DNA of 64,000 nucleotides from Candidatus Latescibacterota bacterium (GTDB lineage Bacteria > Latescibacterota > UBA2968), in assembly GCA_965204745.1 (NCBI GenBank), contig OZ242010.1:3232001-3296000 (forward strand), given 5' to 3'. Made by a program: the position numbers and the translations under genes. The first letter of the stretch is position 1; each line of letters begins with the position of its first letter. Of this stretch, positions 45,509-56,732 are shown one piece after another. The notes beneath the pieces were generated by a model. That model was given only the letters and a program-made list of their open reading frames with translations. It was not told the DNA's origin and ran no database searches.

Positions 45509-46552
45509 ATGCCAAAAGTCCTGCTCGCGTTTGACGAGCGCGTGCGCGAAAATTGTATCCCGCCCGAAGAACTCGCGCGCCTCGAAACCTTTGCCACCTG
45601 GGCGTGGTTTGAATGCCAAGGCGGGGGCATTTACGAAGCGCACCGCGATCCCGAAACCCTTGCCCGCTTGATCGAGTGCGTGCGCGATGTCGATGCCATT
45701 GTCGTTTGCCACGGCGCGCCCACCCTGAATGCGGACGTGATGGATCGCGCACCGCGGTTGAAATTGATCGGCGAACTCGAGGGCGACCGCTTTGCCGCAC
45801 GGATGGACCTCGACGCGGCATGGGCGCGCGGCATTCGCACAGTGGATACGACGCAGGGATCGTCTTATCCGGTCGCTGAATGGGCACTCGCCCTCATCCT
45901 CATCGCCCTACGCAATGCGGGCGCGGCCTTTCGCCGCATCATCTCGGGCAATACGCCCAGCGGTGCTGAAAAGCGCGAGAACATGCGCGGCATGCTAACC
46001 GGCAAGCGCGTGGGCCTCATCGGTTGCGGGCACATGGGCCGCCGCCTCATTTCTTTTTTGCGGCCTTTCAATGTCGATATCTGGGTGTACGACCCGTACT
46101 TGTCCCGCGACATTGCAGAAATCGTCGGCTTTACGCAAACCTCAATGGACAATGTCTTTTCCCAATGCGACGTCATCGTTTGCGTCGCGCCGCTCACCCC
46201 GCGCACCGAGGGGATGATCGGCAAACGCGAACTCGACCTCATCCGCTCCGGCTCGGTTTTTGTCAATGTCTCGCGCGGCGCGATTGTCGATTCCAACGCC
46301 CTCATCGCGCGCCTGAAACGGGGCGACATCGCGGCGGGCTTGGAGGTATTCGACCCGGAACCCATTCCCGCAGACAGCGAGATCATCCACCTGCCCAACG
46401 TGTTCCTAAGCCCGCATTTTGCCGGCGTTACCGGCGACGATTATCCACCCTTTTTCGCGCTGATGGTCGATGAACTCCACCGGTTTTTTCAAGGCCACGA
46501 GACGTGGTTCGACCTCACCCCGCAATCGCAGGCCAATCGCAGAGGCGACTGA
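45509..46552 (+). CDS. D-isomer-specific 2-hydroxyacid dehydrogenase family protein
   Basis: GKRVGLIGCGHMG, APLTPRTEGMI, FVNVSRGAIVD, GLEVFDPEP and LSPHFAG. Confidence 0.9.
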   Translation: MPKVLLAFDERVRENCIPPEELARLETFATWAWFECQGGGIYEAHRDPETLARLIECVRDVDAIVVCHGAPTLNADVMDRAPRLKLIGELEGDRFAARMDLDAAWARGIRTVDTTQGSSYPVAEWALALILIALRNAGAAFRRIISGNTPSGAEKRENMRGMLTGKRVGLIGCGHMGRRLISFLRPFNVDIWVYDPYLSRDIAEIVGFTQTSMDNVFSQCDVIVCVAPLTPRTEGMIGKRELDLIRSGSVFVNVSRGAIVDSNALIARLKRGDIAAGLEVFDPEPIPADSEIIHLPNVFLSPHFAGVTGDDYPPFFALMVDELHRFFQGHETWFDLTPQSQANRRGD

Positions 46553-46570
46553 TCGCTTTTACAAATTCGG

Positions 46571-46790
46571 TGAGACGTAAGACGGGAGACGGGAGAGGCA
46601 AAAGGCAGTAGTCAGTTGTCAGTTGTCAGTTGTCAGTTTCCACCCCGCCCAACCCCCTTCGGTGAGACGTAAGACGGGAGACGGGAGAGGTGAGGCAACC
46701 CCGCCCAACCCCCTGCGGTGAGAAGTAAGACGGGAGAGGTGAGACCGCCCCGCCACCGCCCAAGTGGTCCGTGGTCAGTCGTCAGTAGGT
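46571..46790 (+). repeat. Composite heptamer-repeat element, family C
   Basis: Structure (gtcagtt)n-tttccaccccgcccaacccccttcggt-(gagacgg/gagaggt)n-ccgccaccgcccaagt-(gtcagt)n. Homologues at 57593-57700 (inverted) and 63510-63632. Confidence 0.8.
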
Positions 46791-46854
46791 CGTGTTGACA
46801 TTTTATTTTTTTCTAGAGATCAGCAAATGTGTTGCTTGCTCATTTAAGGCGTTT

Positions 46855-47436
46855 CCTTTGATGGCTTCTATCTCTGGTTGCTCTGATGGCGGTGCGCGAG
46901 GGGACCTATCCCCCGGCCCCTTTCCTACGAGGAAAGGGGAGTAAAGTGCCTTTGATGGCTTCTCGCTCTGGGTTGCTCTGATGGCGGTGCGCGAGGGCAT
47001 AAAGCGATTAAAAATCCCTCATCAATCCCCTCGCAAAACCGATCCTCGTTGCCCAATGGGACCTATCCCCCCGGCCCCCGTTATTCGCTTCGCTCATTGT
47101 AGGCTACGCCTGTGCCTACGAGGAAAGGGGGAGCGCATGGCTTTCTTAAAGGTTTGCATCCAGGGCTGTTTTGATGGCTTTGGGCGAATGGATCACGCCA
47201 TGCAAATCCAAAAACCCTTACACACAATCCCTCGCACAACCTCTCGCCATTCCCCCTTCCTCTTAGGAAGGGGGCCAGGGGGTAGGTCCCCCTCGCACAA
47301 CCTCTCGCCATTCCCCCTTCCTCGCAGGCACAGGCGTAGCCTACAACGAAGCGTAGCGAGTAACGGGGCCAGGGGGTAGGTCCCCCTCGCATCCCCCGCC
47401 CCATCCGTCGTAGGGACAGGCCCCTGCGCCTGTCCT
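46855..47436. repeat. Cluster of inverted family A elements ending in a GTAG-type REP (gtagggacaggcccctgcgcctgtcc, 47410-47435)
   Basis: Reverse-complement matches to 933-1156, several CCCCTTCCT/AGGAAGGGG hairpins and a GTAG tetramer followed by a palindrome. Confidence 0.8.
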
Positions 47437-47521
47437 TATTGCTTGACTGACCATCGACCCCATCGTTATTTTACCACTTGACAAATAATAACGCGATTCC
47501 CTTCCCCGAAAAAAAAATAAA

Positions 47522-50500
47522 ATGACATCCCATTATCTCCGTTTTCTGTCCCTTCCAACATGGATCGCCGTGTTGGTCATGCCCTTGCTGATCGCCCCCG
47601 CGACAGCGCAGACGACACCACTGGTGAGCAGCGGGGGCGACACGCTCAAGATGTACTGGACGGACACTGTCACGGATAAGATTCAGCGTGCCAACCTCGC
47701 TGGCTCCAATGTCGAAGACCTCATCACCACAGGATTGAGAGATCCAGTTGGCCTCGCGCTGGATGTGGGGGGCGGAAAGATGTACTGGGTGGACTGGGGC
47801 ACGGATAAGATTCAGCGTGCCGACCTCGATGGCTCCAATGTCGAAGACCTCATCACCACAGGATTGACGAATCCAGCTCGCATCGCGCTGGATGTGGGGG
47901 GCGGAAAGATGTACTGGACAGACTTTGGCACGGATAAGATTCAGCGTGCCGACCTCGATGGCTCCAATGTCGAAGACCTCATCACCACAGGATTGAGAGA
48001 TCCAGTTGGCATCGCGCTGGATGTGGGGGGCGGAAAGATGTACTGGACGGACCTTGGCTCTGGCACGAGTAAGATTCAGCGTGCCGACCTCGATGGCTCC
48101 AATGTCGAAGACCTCATCGCCACAGGATTGGGTAATCCATCTGGCCTCGCGCTGGATGTGGGGGGCGGAAAGATGTACTGGACGGACGTTACCACGTCTA
48201 AGATTCAGCGTGCCGACCTTTCTGGCTCCAATGTCGAAGACCTCATCACCACAGGATTGAGTCAGCCATATGGCATCGCGCTGGATGTGGGGGGCGGAAA
48301 GATGTACTGGACGGACCTTGGCACGGCTAAGATTCAGCGTGCCGACCTTTCTGGCTCCAATGTCGAAGACCTCATCACCACAGGATTGAGTAGGCCATCT
48401 GGCCTCGCGCTGGATAAACCGACGGTGACATTGGCACTGTCGCCCTCGTCGATTTCTGAGGCTGGTGGTGTTGCGACGGTGAGCGCGAAGCTGTCGCATC
48501 GGTCGGCGGCGGCGACAACAATCACGGTGCGCCCCGTGACCGGTGCTTACACGGTGGGGTCGGATTCGACGATCACCATCGCGGCGGGGACACGACGAAC
48601 GCGTCGGACACGGTGGTCATCACGGCGGTGAACAACACGACCGATGCACGGTGGGGTCGGATTCGACGATCACCATCGCGGCTGGGGACACGACGAACGC
48701 GTCGGACACGGTGGTCATCACGGCGGTGAACAACACGACCGATGCACCGGACAAGCGCTTAGGCGTGTCTGGCACGGTGGCAGGCGACGATGTGGCATCG
48801 ATGGCTTCCGGGACCCTGACGATCACAGACGATGAAGCCTCGCCGGATGTGACGCTGATGCTGTCGCCCTCGTCCATCTCGGAGGCTGGCGGTGTTTCGA
48901 CGGTGAGCGCGGTGCTGTCGCGTCCGTCGAGTGAGGCGACCACGATCACGGTGCGCCCCTTAGCCAATGCCTACACGGTGGGTCAGGATTCGACGATCAC
49001 CATTGCGGCTGGGGACACGACGAACGCGTCGGACACGGTGGTCATCACGGCGGTGAACAACACGACCGATGCGCCGAACAACGATGTGACCGTGTCCGGT
49101 GTGGCACGCAACGATCAAGGCGTGGGCAGTGTGACCGGTGCGGCTTTGACGCTGGATGACGATGAAGCCTCGCCGGACGTGACGCTGATGCTGTCGCCCA
49201 CGTCGATTTCTGAGGCTGGTGGTGTTGCGACGGTGAGCGCGACGCTCTCGCGTCCGTCGAGTGAGGCGACCACGATCACGGTGCGCCCCTTAGCCAATGC
49301 CTACACGGTGGGTCAGGATTCGACGATTGCCATCGCGGCCGGGCAAACGGCGAACACGTCGGACACGGTGGTGGTCACGGCGGTGGACAACGCCCAATAC
49401 GAGCTTGATCGCGCCGTGACCGTGTCCGGTGTGGCAAGCAACGACCATGGCGTGGGCCGTGTGACCGGTGCGGCTTTGACGCTGGAAAACGATGACGCGT
49501 CCAAGATGTACTGGACAGACGCTGGCACGGATAAGATTCAGCGTGCCAGCCTCAATGGCTCCCAGGTCGAAGACCTCATCACCGCAGAATTGGAGAGTTC
49601 ATGGGGCATCGCGCTGGATGTGGGGGGCGGAAAGATGTACTGGACGGACAGGGACGCGAATAAAATTCAGCGTGCCGATCTAAATGGCTCCAATGTCGAA
49701 GACCTCATCACCACAGGATTGAGTTCGCCACGGGGCATCGCGCTGGATGTGGGGGGCGGAAAGATGTACTGGGTGGACGCCGGCACGGATAAGATTCAGC
49801 GTGCCGACCTCGATGGCTCCAATGTCGAAGACCTCATCGCCACAGGATTGAGTTCGCCACGGGGCATCGCGCTGGATGTGGGGGGCGGAAAGATGTACTG
49901 GACGGACGCCGGCACGGATAAGATTCAGCGTGCCGACCTCGATGGCTCCAATGTCGAAGACCTCATCACCACAGGATTGAGTTCGCCACGGGGCATCGCG
50001 CTGGATGTGGGGGGCGGAAAGATGTACTGGACGGACGATGGCAGGAATAGGATTCAGCGTGCCGACCTCGATGGCTCCAATGTCGAAGACCTCATCACCA
50101 CAGGATTGAGAGATCCAGTTGGCATCGCGCTGGATGTGGGGGGCGGAAAGATGTACTGGACGGACAGGGACGCGAATAAAATTCAGCGTGCCGATCTAAA
50201 TGGCTCCAATGTCGAAGACCTCATCACCACAGGATTGGATAATCCAGTTGGCATCGCGCTGTTTCAACCGACGGTGATTTTGGCACTGTCGCCCACGTCG
50301 ATTTCTGAGGCTGGTGGTGTTTCGACGGTGAGCGCGACGCTCTCGCGTCCGTCGAGTGCGGCGACCACGATCACGGTGCGCCCCGTGGCCAATGCCTACA
50401 CGGTGGGTCAGGATTCGACGATCACCATCGCGGCTGGGGACACGACGAACGCGTCGGACACGGTAGCGATCACGGCGGTGGACAACGGTCAATACGAGGT

Positions 50501-53500
50501 TACTCGCGCCGTGACCGTGTCCGGTGTGGCAAGCAACGATCAAGACGTGGGCAATGTGACCGGTGCGGCTTTGACGCTGGAAGACGATGATGCGCCCAAG
50601 ATGTACTGGATGGACGCTGACACGGATAAGATTCAGCGTGTCAACATTGATGGCTCCTACGTCGAAGACCTCATCACCACAGGATTGGATGGGCCATATA
50701 GCATCGCGCTGGATGTGGGGGGCGGCAAGATGTACTGGACGGACACTACCACGGATAAGATTCAGCGTGCCGACCTCGATGGCTCCAATGTCGAAGACCT
50801 CATCACCACAGGATTGGGTGATCCAAGTGGCATCGCGCTGGATGTGGGACGCGGAAAGATGTACTGGATGGACGCTAGCACGAATAAGATTCAGCGTGCC
50901 GACCTCAATGGCTCCAATGTCGAAGACCTCATCACCGCAGGATTGAGGTATTCAGGTGGCATCGCGCTGGATGTGGGGGGCGGAAAGATGTACTGGACGG
51001 ACAGGGCCGCGGCTAATATTCAGCGTGCCGACCTCGATGGCTCTAATGTCGAAGACCTCATCACCACAGGATTGGATGGGCCATTTGGCATCGCGCTGGA
51101 TGTGGGACGCGGAAAGATGTACTGGACGGACATTGTCACGGATAAGATTCAGCGTGCCGACCTCGATGGCTCCAATGTCGAAGACCTCATCACCACAGGA
51201 TTGGGTAATCCATTTGGCATCGCGCTGGATGTGGGACGCGGAAAGATGTACTGGACGGACAATGTCACGAATAAGATTCAGCGTGCCGACCTCGATGGCT
51301 CCAATGTCGAAGACCTCATCACCACAGGATTGACTACGCCAAATGGCATCGCGCTGGATAAACCGACGGTGACATTGGCACTGTCGCCCACGTCGATTTC
51401 TGAGGCTGGTGGTGTTGCGACGGTGAGCGCGAAGCTGTCGCATCTATCGAGGGATGCGACAACAATCACGGTGCGCCCCGTGACCGGTGCTTACACGGTG
51501 GGGTCGGATTCGACGATCACCATCGCGGCTGGGGACACGACGAACGCGTCGGACACGGTGGTCATCACGGCGGTGAACAACACGACCGATGCACCGGACA
51601 AGCGCTTAGGCGTGTCTGGAACGGTGGCAGGCGACGATGTGGCATCGCTGGCTTCCGGGACCCTGACGATCACAGACGATGAAGCCGCGCCTACCGTGAC
51701 GCTGATGCTGTCGCCCTCGTCCATCTCGGAGGCTGGCGGTGTTTCGACGGTGAGCGCGACGCTCTCGCGTCCGTCGAGTGAGGCGACCACGATCACGGTG
51801 CGCCCGGTGACCGGTGCTTACACAGTGGGTCAGGATTCGACGATTGCCATTGCAGCCGGGCAAACGGCGAACACGTCGGACACGGTGGTGGTCACGGCGG
51901 TGGACAACACACAAGACGAGGTTAATCGCGCCGTGACCGTGTCCGGTGTGGCGCGCAACGCCCAAGGCGCGGGCAGTGTGACCGGGGCGACTTTGACGCT
52001 AACCGATGATGACGCGACGCCGACGCTGAGTATTGCTTCTGCGAGTGTGGATGAGGGCGCCACTGGGGAGACGCCATCCCTTGAGTTCATCGTCTCGTTG
52101 AGCGCGGCGAGTGGGAAGGTAGTGACGGTGGGCTATGCAGACGCGACTAGCGGGACCGCGACTTCGGGCACGGACTACACCGCAATCACTGCCGGCACGC
52201 TGACGTTCGCGGCGGGTGTGACGCGCAATACCATTGCGGTGTCCGTCACCGGTGACAACACCGCCGAGCCGAATGAGACCGTGAGCGTGACGCTGAGCAA
52301 TCCTGTCAATGCGACCTTCACCGGCGGGAGCGCGACCCTCACCAGTAGCGGGACGATCACCGATGATGACACGACGCCGAGGCTGAGTATTAGTTCTCCG
52401 ACTGTGGCCGAGGGGAGCGGTTCCTCATCCCTTGAGTTCATCGTGACGTTGAGTGTAGCCAGTGGTCAGCAAGTCACGGTGGACTATGAGGACGCGGGCA
52501 CCGGTACCGCGACTTCGGGAGATGACTACACCGCAATCACTGCTGGCACGCTGACCTTAGCGGCTGGCGTGACGAGCGATACCCTTGCCGTGGGCGTTCT
52601 CGCCGATGCCCTCGATGAGGAGAATGAGACCGTGGTCGTCGAGTTGAGCAATCCTGTCAATGCGACGATCAACACGGCGACCGGCACCGGAACGATCACC
52701 GATGATGACGACGAGCCGACGTTGAGTATTGCTTCTGCGAGTGTGGCCGAGGGCACCACTGGCGCCACGCCGTCGCTTGAGTTCATCGTGACGTTGAGCG
52801 CGGCAAGTGGTCGGCAAGTGACGGTGGACTATGAAGACGCGGGCACCGGTACCGCGACTTCGGGCACGGACTACACCGCAATCACTGCTGGCACGCTGAC
52901 CTTAGCGGCTGGCGTGACGAGCGATACCCTTGCCGTGACTGTCCTCGGCGATGCCCTTGACGAGGATGATGAGACCGTGATCGTGACGCTGAGCAGTGCG
53001 AGCAATGCGGCGATAAGCACGGCGACCGGCACCGGAACGATCACCGATGATGACGCCCCGCCGACGTTGAGTATTGCTTCTGCGAGTGTGACCGAGGGTG
53101 ACGCTGGGGAGACGCCATCGCTTGAGTTCATCGTCTCGTTGAGCGCGGCGAGTGGGAAGGTAGTGACGGTGGGCTATGCGGACGCGACTAGCGGGACCGC
53201 GACTTCGGACACGGACTACACGGCAATCACTGCTGGCACGCTGACGTTCGCGTCAGGTGTGACGAGAGATACCCTTGCCGTGTCCGTCACCGGTGACGAC
53301 ACCGCTGAGTCGGATGAGACCGTGATCGTGACGCTGAGCAATCCGAGCAATGCGACCCTCAGCGGCGGGGGCACGACCCTCACCGGCACCGGGACGATCA
53401 CCAATGATGACGGCGTGCCGAGGCTGAGTATTAGTTCTCCGACTGTGGCCGAGGGGAGCGGTTCCTCATCCCTTGAGTTCATCGTGATGTTGAGTGTAGC

Positions 53501-54476
53501 CAGTAGTCAGCAAGTCACGGTGGGCTATGAAGACGCGGGCACCGGGACCGCGACTTCGGGAGATGACTACACGGCAATCACTGCCGGCACGCTGACGTTT
53601 GCGGCTGGCGTGACGCGCGATACCCTTGCCGTGACTGTCCTCGCCGATGCCCTCGATGAGGATGATGAGACCGTGATCGTGACGCTGAGCAGTGCGAGCA
53701 ATGCGGCGATAAGCACGGCGACCGGCACCGGAACGATTACCGATGATGATGGCGAGCCGACGGTAACACTGTCGCTATCGGCGTCGACGATTTCGGAGAA
53801 CGGCGGGGTTTCCACGGTGAGCGCGACGCTGTCGCATCCATCGAGCGCGATCACGACGATCACGGTCTCTGCGGCACCTGTGTCCCCTGCAACTGCGAGC
53901 GACTTCACGCTATCGAGTGCAGACACGCTGATCATCGCGGCGAGTGAGACGACGAGCACGGGCACCGTGACGATCACCGCAGTGGACAACGACGACCGGG
54001 CAGGCGATAAGACGGTCACGGTGTCTGCAACCGCAAACAACGCCCAAGGCATCACCGCACCCGAACCCGTGACCCTGACCATTACCGATGACGAACCGAG
54101 TGCCAACTTGGATGTAGATGGCGATGGCCGGGTGAGACTGTTCTCGGATATAATCCTGGTCATTCGATATGTCCTCTTCTTCCGGGAAGAGGCCCTCCTC
54201 AGAGGGAACGTCATCGAGCAACAGGCTACGCGTACGACTGCTCAACAAATTGAACCCTACCTCGACATATTGGTCAATCAGAACATTCTCGATGTGGATG
54301 GCGATGGCGATGTGAGACTGTTCTCGGATATAATCCTGATCATTCGATATGTCCTCTTCTTCCGGAACGAGGCCCTCATCAGAGGGAACGTCATCGAGCA
54401 AAGTGCTACGCGCACGACCGCTCAACAAATTGAACCCTTCATCCGAAGCCTCTATCCCGACTCTCACTTCGAATGA
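47522..54476 (+). pseudogene. Giant secreted protein E (3 YWTD propellers, Calx-beta/Ig-like repeats, C-terminal twin dockerin-like EF motif), frameshifted by a 97-bp tandem duplication
   Basis: ORFs 47522-48631 and 48543-54476 are two halves of one gene. Removing 48550-48646 gives 6858 nt, i.e. 2286 codons in one frame. Contains 18 YWTD repeats, 5 Calx-beta-like units (GTATSGTDY..GTLTFAAG) and two LDVDGDG..FSDIIL.IRY..ATRTTAQQIE motifs. Confidence 0.85.
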
Positions 54477-54673
54477 AAGCCTGTTCCCTGACCGCCACAG
54501 ATGAAGATGGCGACGAGAACACCCCGAGTTTCTTCCTCACCATCAGCGCGAACGTGGCACCGTCCTTTGGCGATGCGAGTGTGGAATACGCGGAAGCAAG
54601 AGATCGCGCCCCTAACGTTGCCGCAAGCAACCGGTGGCACTGACCCGCTGACCTACGCGCTGACCCCCGAGTT
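54473..54673 (+). pseudogene. Frameshifted remnant of putative Ig (He_PIG-like) repeats
   Basis: SLTATDEDGDENTPSFFLTISANVAPSFGDASV, then in another frame QEIAPLTLPQATGGTDPLTYALTPEL. Confidence 0.6.
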
Positions 54674-54832
54674 GACATTTTGTTTTTTGGCGATGCAACA
54701 AAACAAAGAAAATCGAGTTAGCGACTATAGCCGAGAGCCTATCCTGCGATAGGGCTTGATTTTCCCGATAACCACCTCAACCAAGGTACGTTGCTTGTAA
54801 ATGTCAACTCAACCTAACTACTGAGCACTGCA

Positions 54833-55035
54833 TCTTGTATCATTGGGCGAGCACGGCGCATCGCTCCTACACATACTGATCGCCTTTGAACTGGCTATCG
54901 CCAGTTGTATCCCGCTCGTGGCTCACTTCAGGTTGGGTGGTCGAGTGGGGACTGACTACTGACCACTGGCAACTGACTACTGCTTCTTGTATCTCACCTC
55001 TCGCCTCTCGCCTCTCGCGCCTTTCACCTCACCTC
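54833..55035. repeat. Family B REP-like element (GTAG type on the minus strand) plus heptamer runs
   Basis: The reverse complement reads gtaggagcgatgcgccgtgctcgccc. Contains the palindrome aactggctatcgccagtt and actgact/tctcgcc heptamers. Confidence 0.75.
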
Positions 55036-55051
55036 ATCCAAAGGAGCCCCC

Positions 55052-55969
55052 ATGCCCGAACTCGAAACGCGACGCTTGGGTCGCACCGAACTCAAACCCA
55101 AAGCACTCGGCCTCGGCTGTGCTTTTCTCGGCAGTCCGCAGCGCGTCTCTGACGACACGGGCATCGCCACTGTGCGCGAGGCCATTGACCGGGGGATCAA
55201 TTTTATCGACACGTCTGCCGCGTATGGCGGGGGCGAGAGCGAACGTCGCGTGGGCCTCGCGCTTCGAGATGGATACCGGGAAAGAGTCTATCTCCAGACC
55301 AAAGCGGGCACGCATCCTGACCTACGCCACGACTATTCGGCAAAAGCCATTCGCTGGACAGTCGAGAACAGCTTGCGACAACTCAAGACCGGCTATATCG
55401 ACTCGGTTCTCATCCACGACCCGCAAGACATGGACGAGACATGCGCGCCGGGATACGCTTTGGACGAACTTTTGAAAATGAGGGACGAGGGCCTGATTGG
55501 ATACACGGGCATCGGCTGTCGGTCACACGAGTTTCACCGTCGCATCATCGAGACCGGGCATTGCGATATCGTCATCACCTTTCTCGACTACACACTGCTC
55601 AGTCAGACCGCGGCCGAGACGACCATCCCGCTCGCCCTTGAACGCGATGTGGGCCTCATCCTCGCCAGCGTGCAGGGCATGGGCACGCTCGCCGGGCCAA
55701 AGCCCGATCCCGAATTGACAGACCGCCGGTATCCCGGACGAGCAGACCGCGCCTGCGCCATGTGGACATGGTGCAATGACCGCGGCATCAGCATTCGCCG
55801 CCTGGCCCTGCAATTTTGCCTGGCCGCGCCCCTCGATGGCAATGGCATGCTCTTGGTAGGGCCTGCATCCCCCCGCGAACTCGACGAAGTCCTCACCGAC
55901 GCCACCGCCGATATAGACCGCGACCTCTGGCAGGCATTTGAACGAGCGTTTGGCATCGGCATCACCTAA
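55052..55969 (+). CDS. Aldo/keto reductase
   Basis: RRLGRTEL..LGLG, GINFIDTSAAYGGGESERRVG and ENSLRQLKTGYIDSVLIHDP. Confidence 0.92.
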   Translation: MPELETRRLGRTELKPKALGLGCAFLGSPQRVSDDTGIATVREAIDRGINFIDTSAAYGGGESERRVGLALRDGYRERVYLQTKAGTHPDLRHDYSAKAIRWTVENSLRQLKTGYIDSVLIHDPQDMDETCAPGYALDELLKMRDEGLIGYTGIGCRSHEFHRRIIETGHCDIVITFLDYTLLSQTAAETTIPLALERDVGLILASVQGMGTLAGPKPDPELTDRRYPGRADRACAMWTWCNDRGISIRRLALQFCLAAPLDGNGMLLVGPASPRELDEVLTDATADIDRDLWQAFERAFGIGIT

Positions 55970-55985
55970 AACAAAGGAGCAGGGC

Positions 55986-56732
55986 ATGAAAAAAATACTC
56001 GTCACGGGGATGAGCGGGTTGATCGGGGGCGTGGTTCGCAGGCAACTCGAGGGCAAGTACGCGCTTCGCGCCCTCAATCGGCGTGCTGTTGCGGGGGTGG
56101 AATGCCATCGCGCGGATATTTCGGATTATGAGGCGATTCGCCCGGCATTTGAGGGCATCGACACGGTGGTTCATCTGGCCGCGGCGATCAGAAGCGATTT
56201 TGAGGGCTTTGTCGCGCACAACATCGCGGGGACGCATCATGTTTTTGAAGCCGCTCTGCGCGCCGGGGTCAAGCGCGTGATCTTTGCCAGCAGCGGATCC
56301 GTCACGGCCGGGTGGGAAAATGACCCGCCCTACGACGCGATTGTGCAAGGCCGATACGCGGACGTGCCCGACACATGGGAGAACTTATCCCACAAAACGC
56401 CCACGCGCCCACGCGGCATTTACGGCTGCACTAAGGTGTGGGGCGAAGCCCTTGCGCGGCACTATGCCGACAGCACCCCGCTCTCTGCGATTTGCCTTCG
56501 CATTGGCAGGGTCAATGCCGAAGATCGACCCCAAGAAGCGCGCGGTTATTCCGTGTGGTGTAGCCAAAACACCATCGCACGCCTGATCGAGTCGTGCATC
56601 GAGGCCCCTGACGATCTCAAATTCGACATTTTTTACGCGGTCTCGAACAACGAGTACAGCTATCGGGACATGGCGCACGCACGCGCTGTGCTCGGTTTTG
56701 AACCCGAAGGCCATGCGGAGGATTATCGGTGA
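55986..56732 (+). CDS. NAD-dependent epimerase/dehydratase (uronate dehydrogenase-like SDR)
   Basis: KILVTGMSGLIG, DTVVHLAA, RVIFASS and YGCTK (YxxxK). Start ATG 55986 with an AAGGAG RBS. Confidence 0.88.
   Translation: MKKILVTGMSGLIGGVVRRQLEGKYALRALNRRAVAGVECHRADISDYEAIRPAFEGIDTVVHLAAAIRSDFEGFVAHNIAGTHHVFEAALRAGVKRVIFASSGSVTAGWENDPPYDAIVQGRYADVPDTWENLSHKTPTRPRGIYGCTKVWGEALARHYADSTPLSAICLRIGRVNAEDRPQEARGYSVWCSQNTIARLIESCIEAPDDLKFDIFYAVSNNEYSYRDMAHARAVLGFEPEGHAEDYR

Noticed and set aside
47478-47521. TTGACA upstream of gene E (and the minus-strand TTGACA at 841-846) as sigma70 promoters
   Set aside because: No convincing -10 hexamer at 16-18 nt spacing.
47648-51360. Constant/variable alternation in the YWTD regions resembling a CRISPR repeat-spacer array
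   Set aside because: The period is 129 bp and in frame, the constant blocks are long and protein-coding, the variable parts are mostly only about 12-18 nt, and there is no leader or cas operon.
1188-54476. Diversity-generating retroelement as the source of loop variation
   Set aside because: No reverse transcriptase or non-coding template repeat is in the window, and the variation includes indels and is not obviously adenine-specific. A trans-acting DGR elsewhere cannot be excluded.
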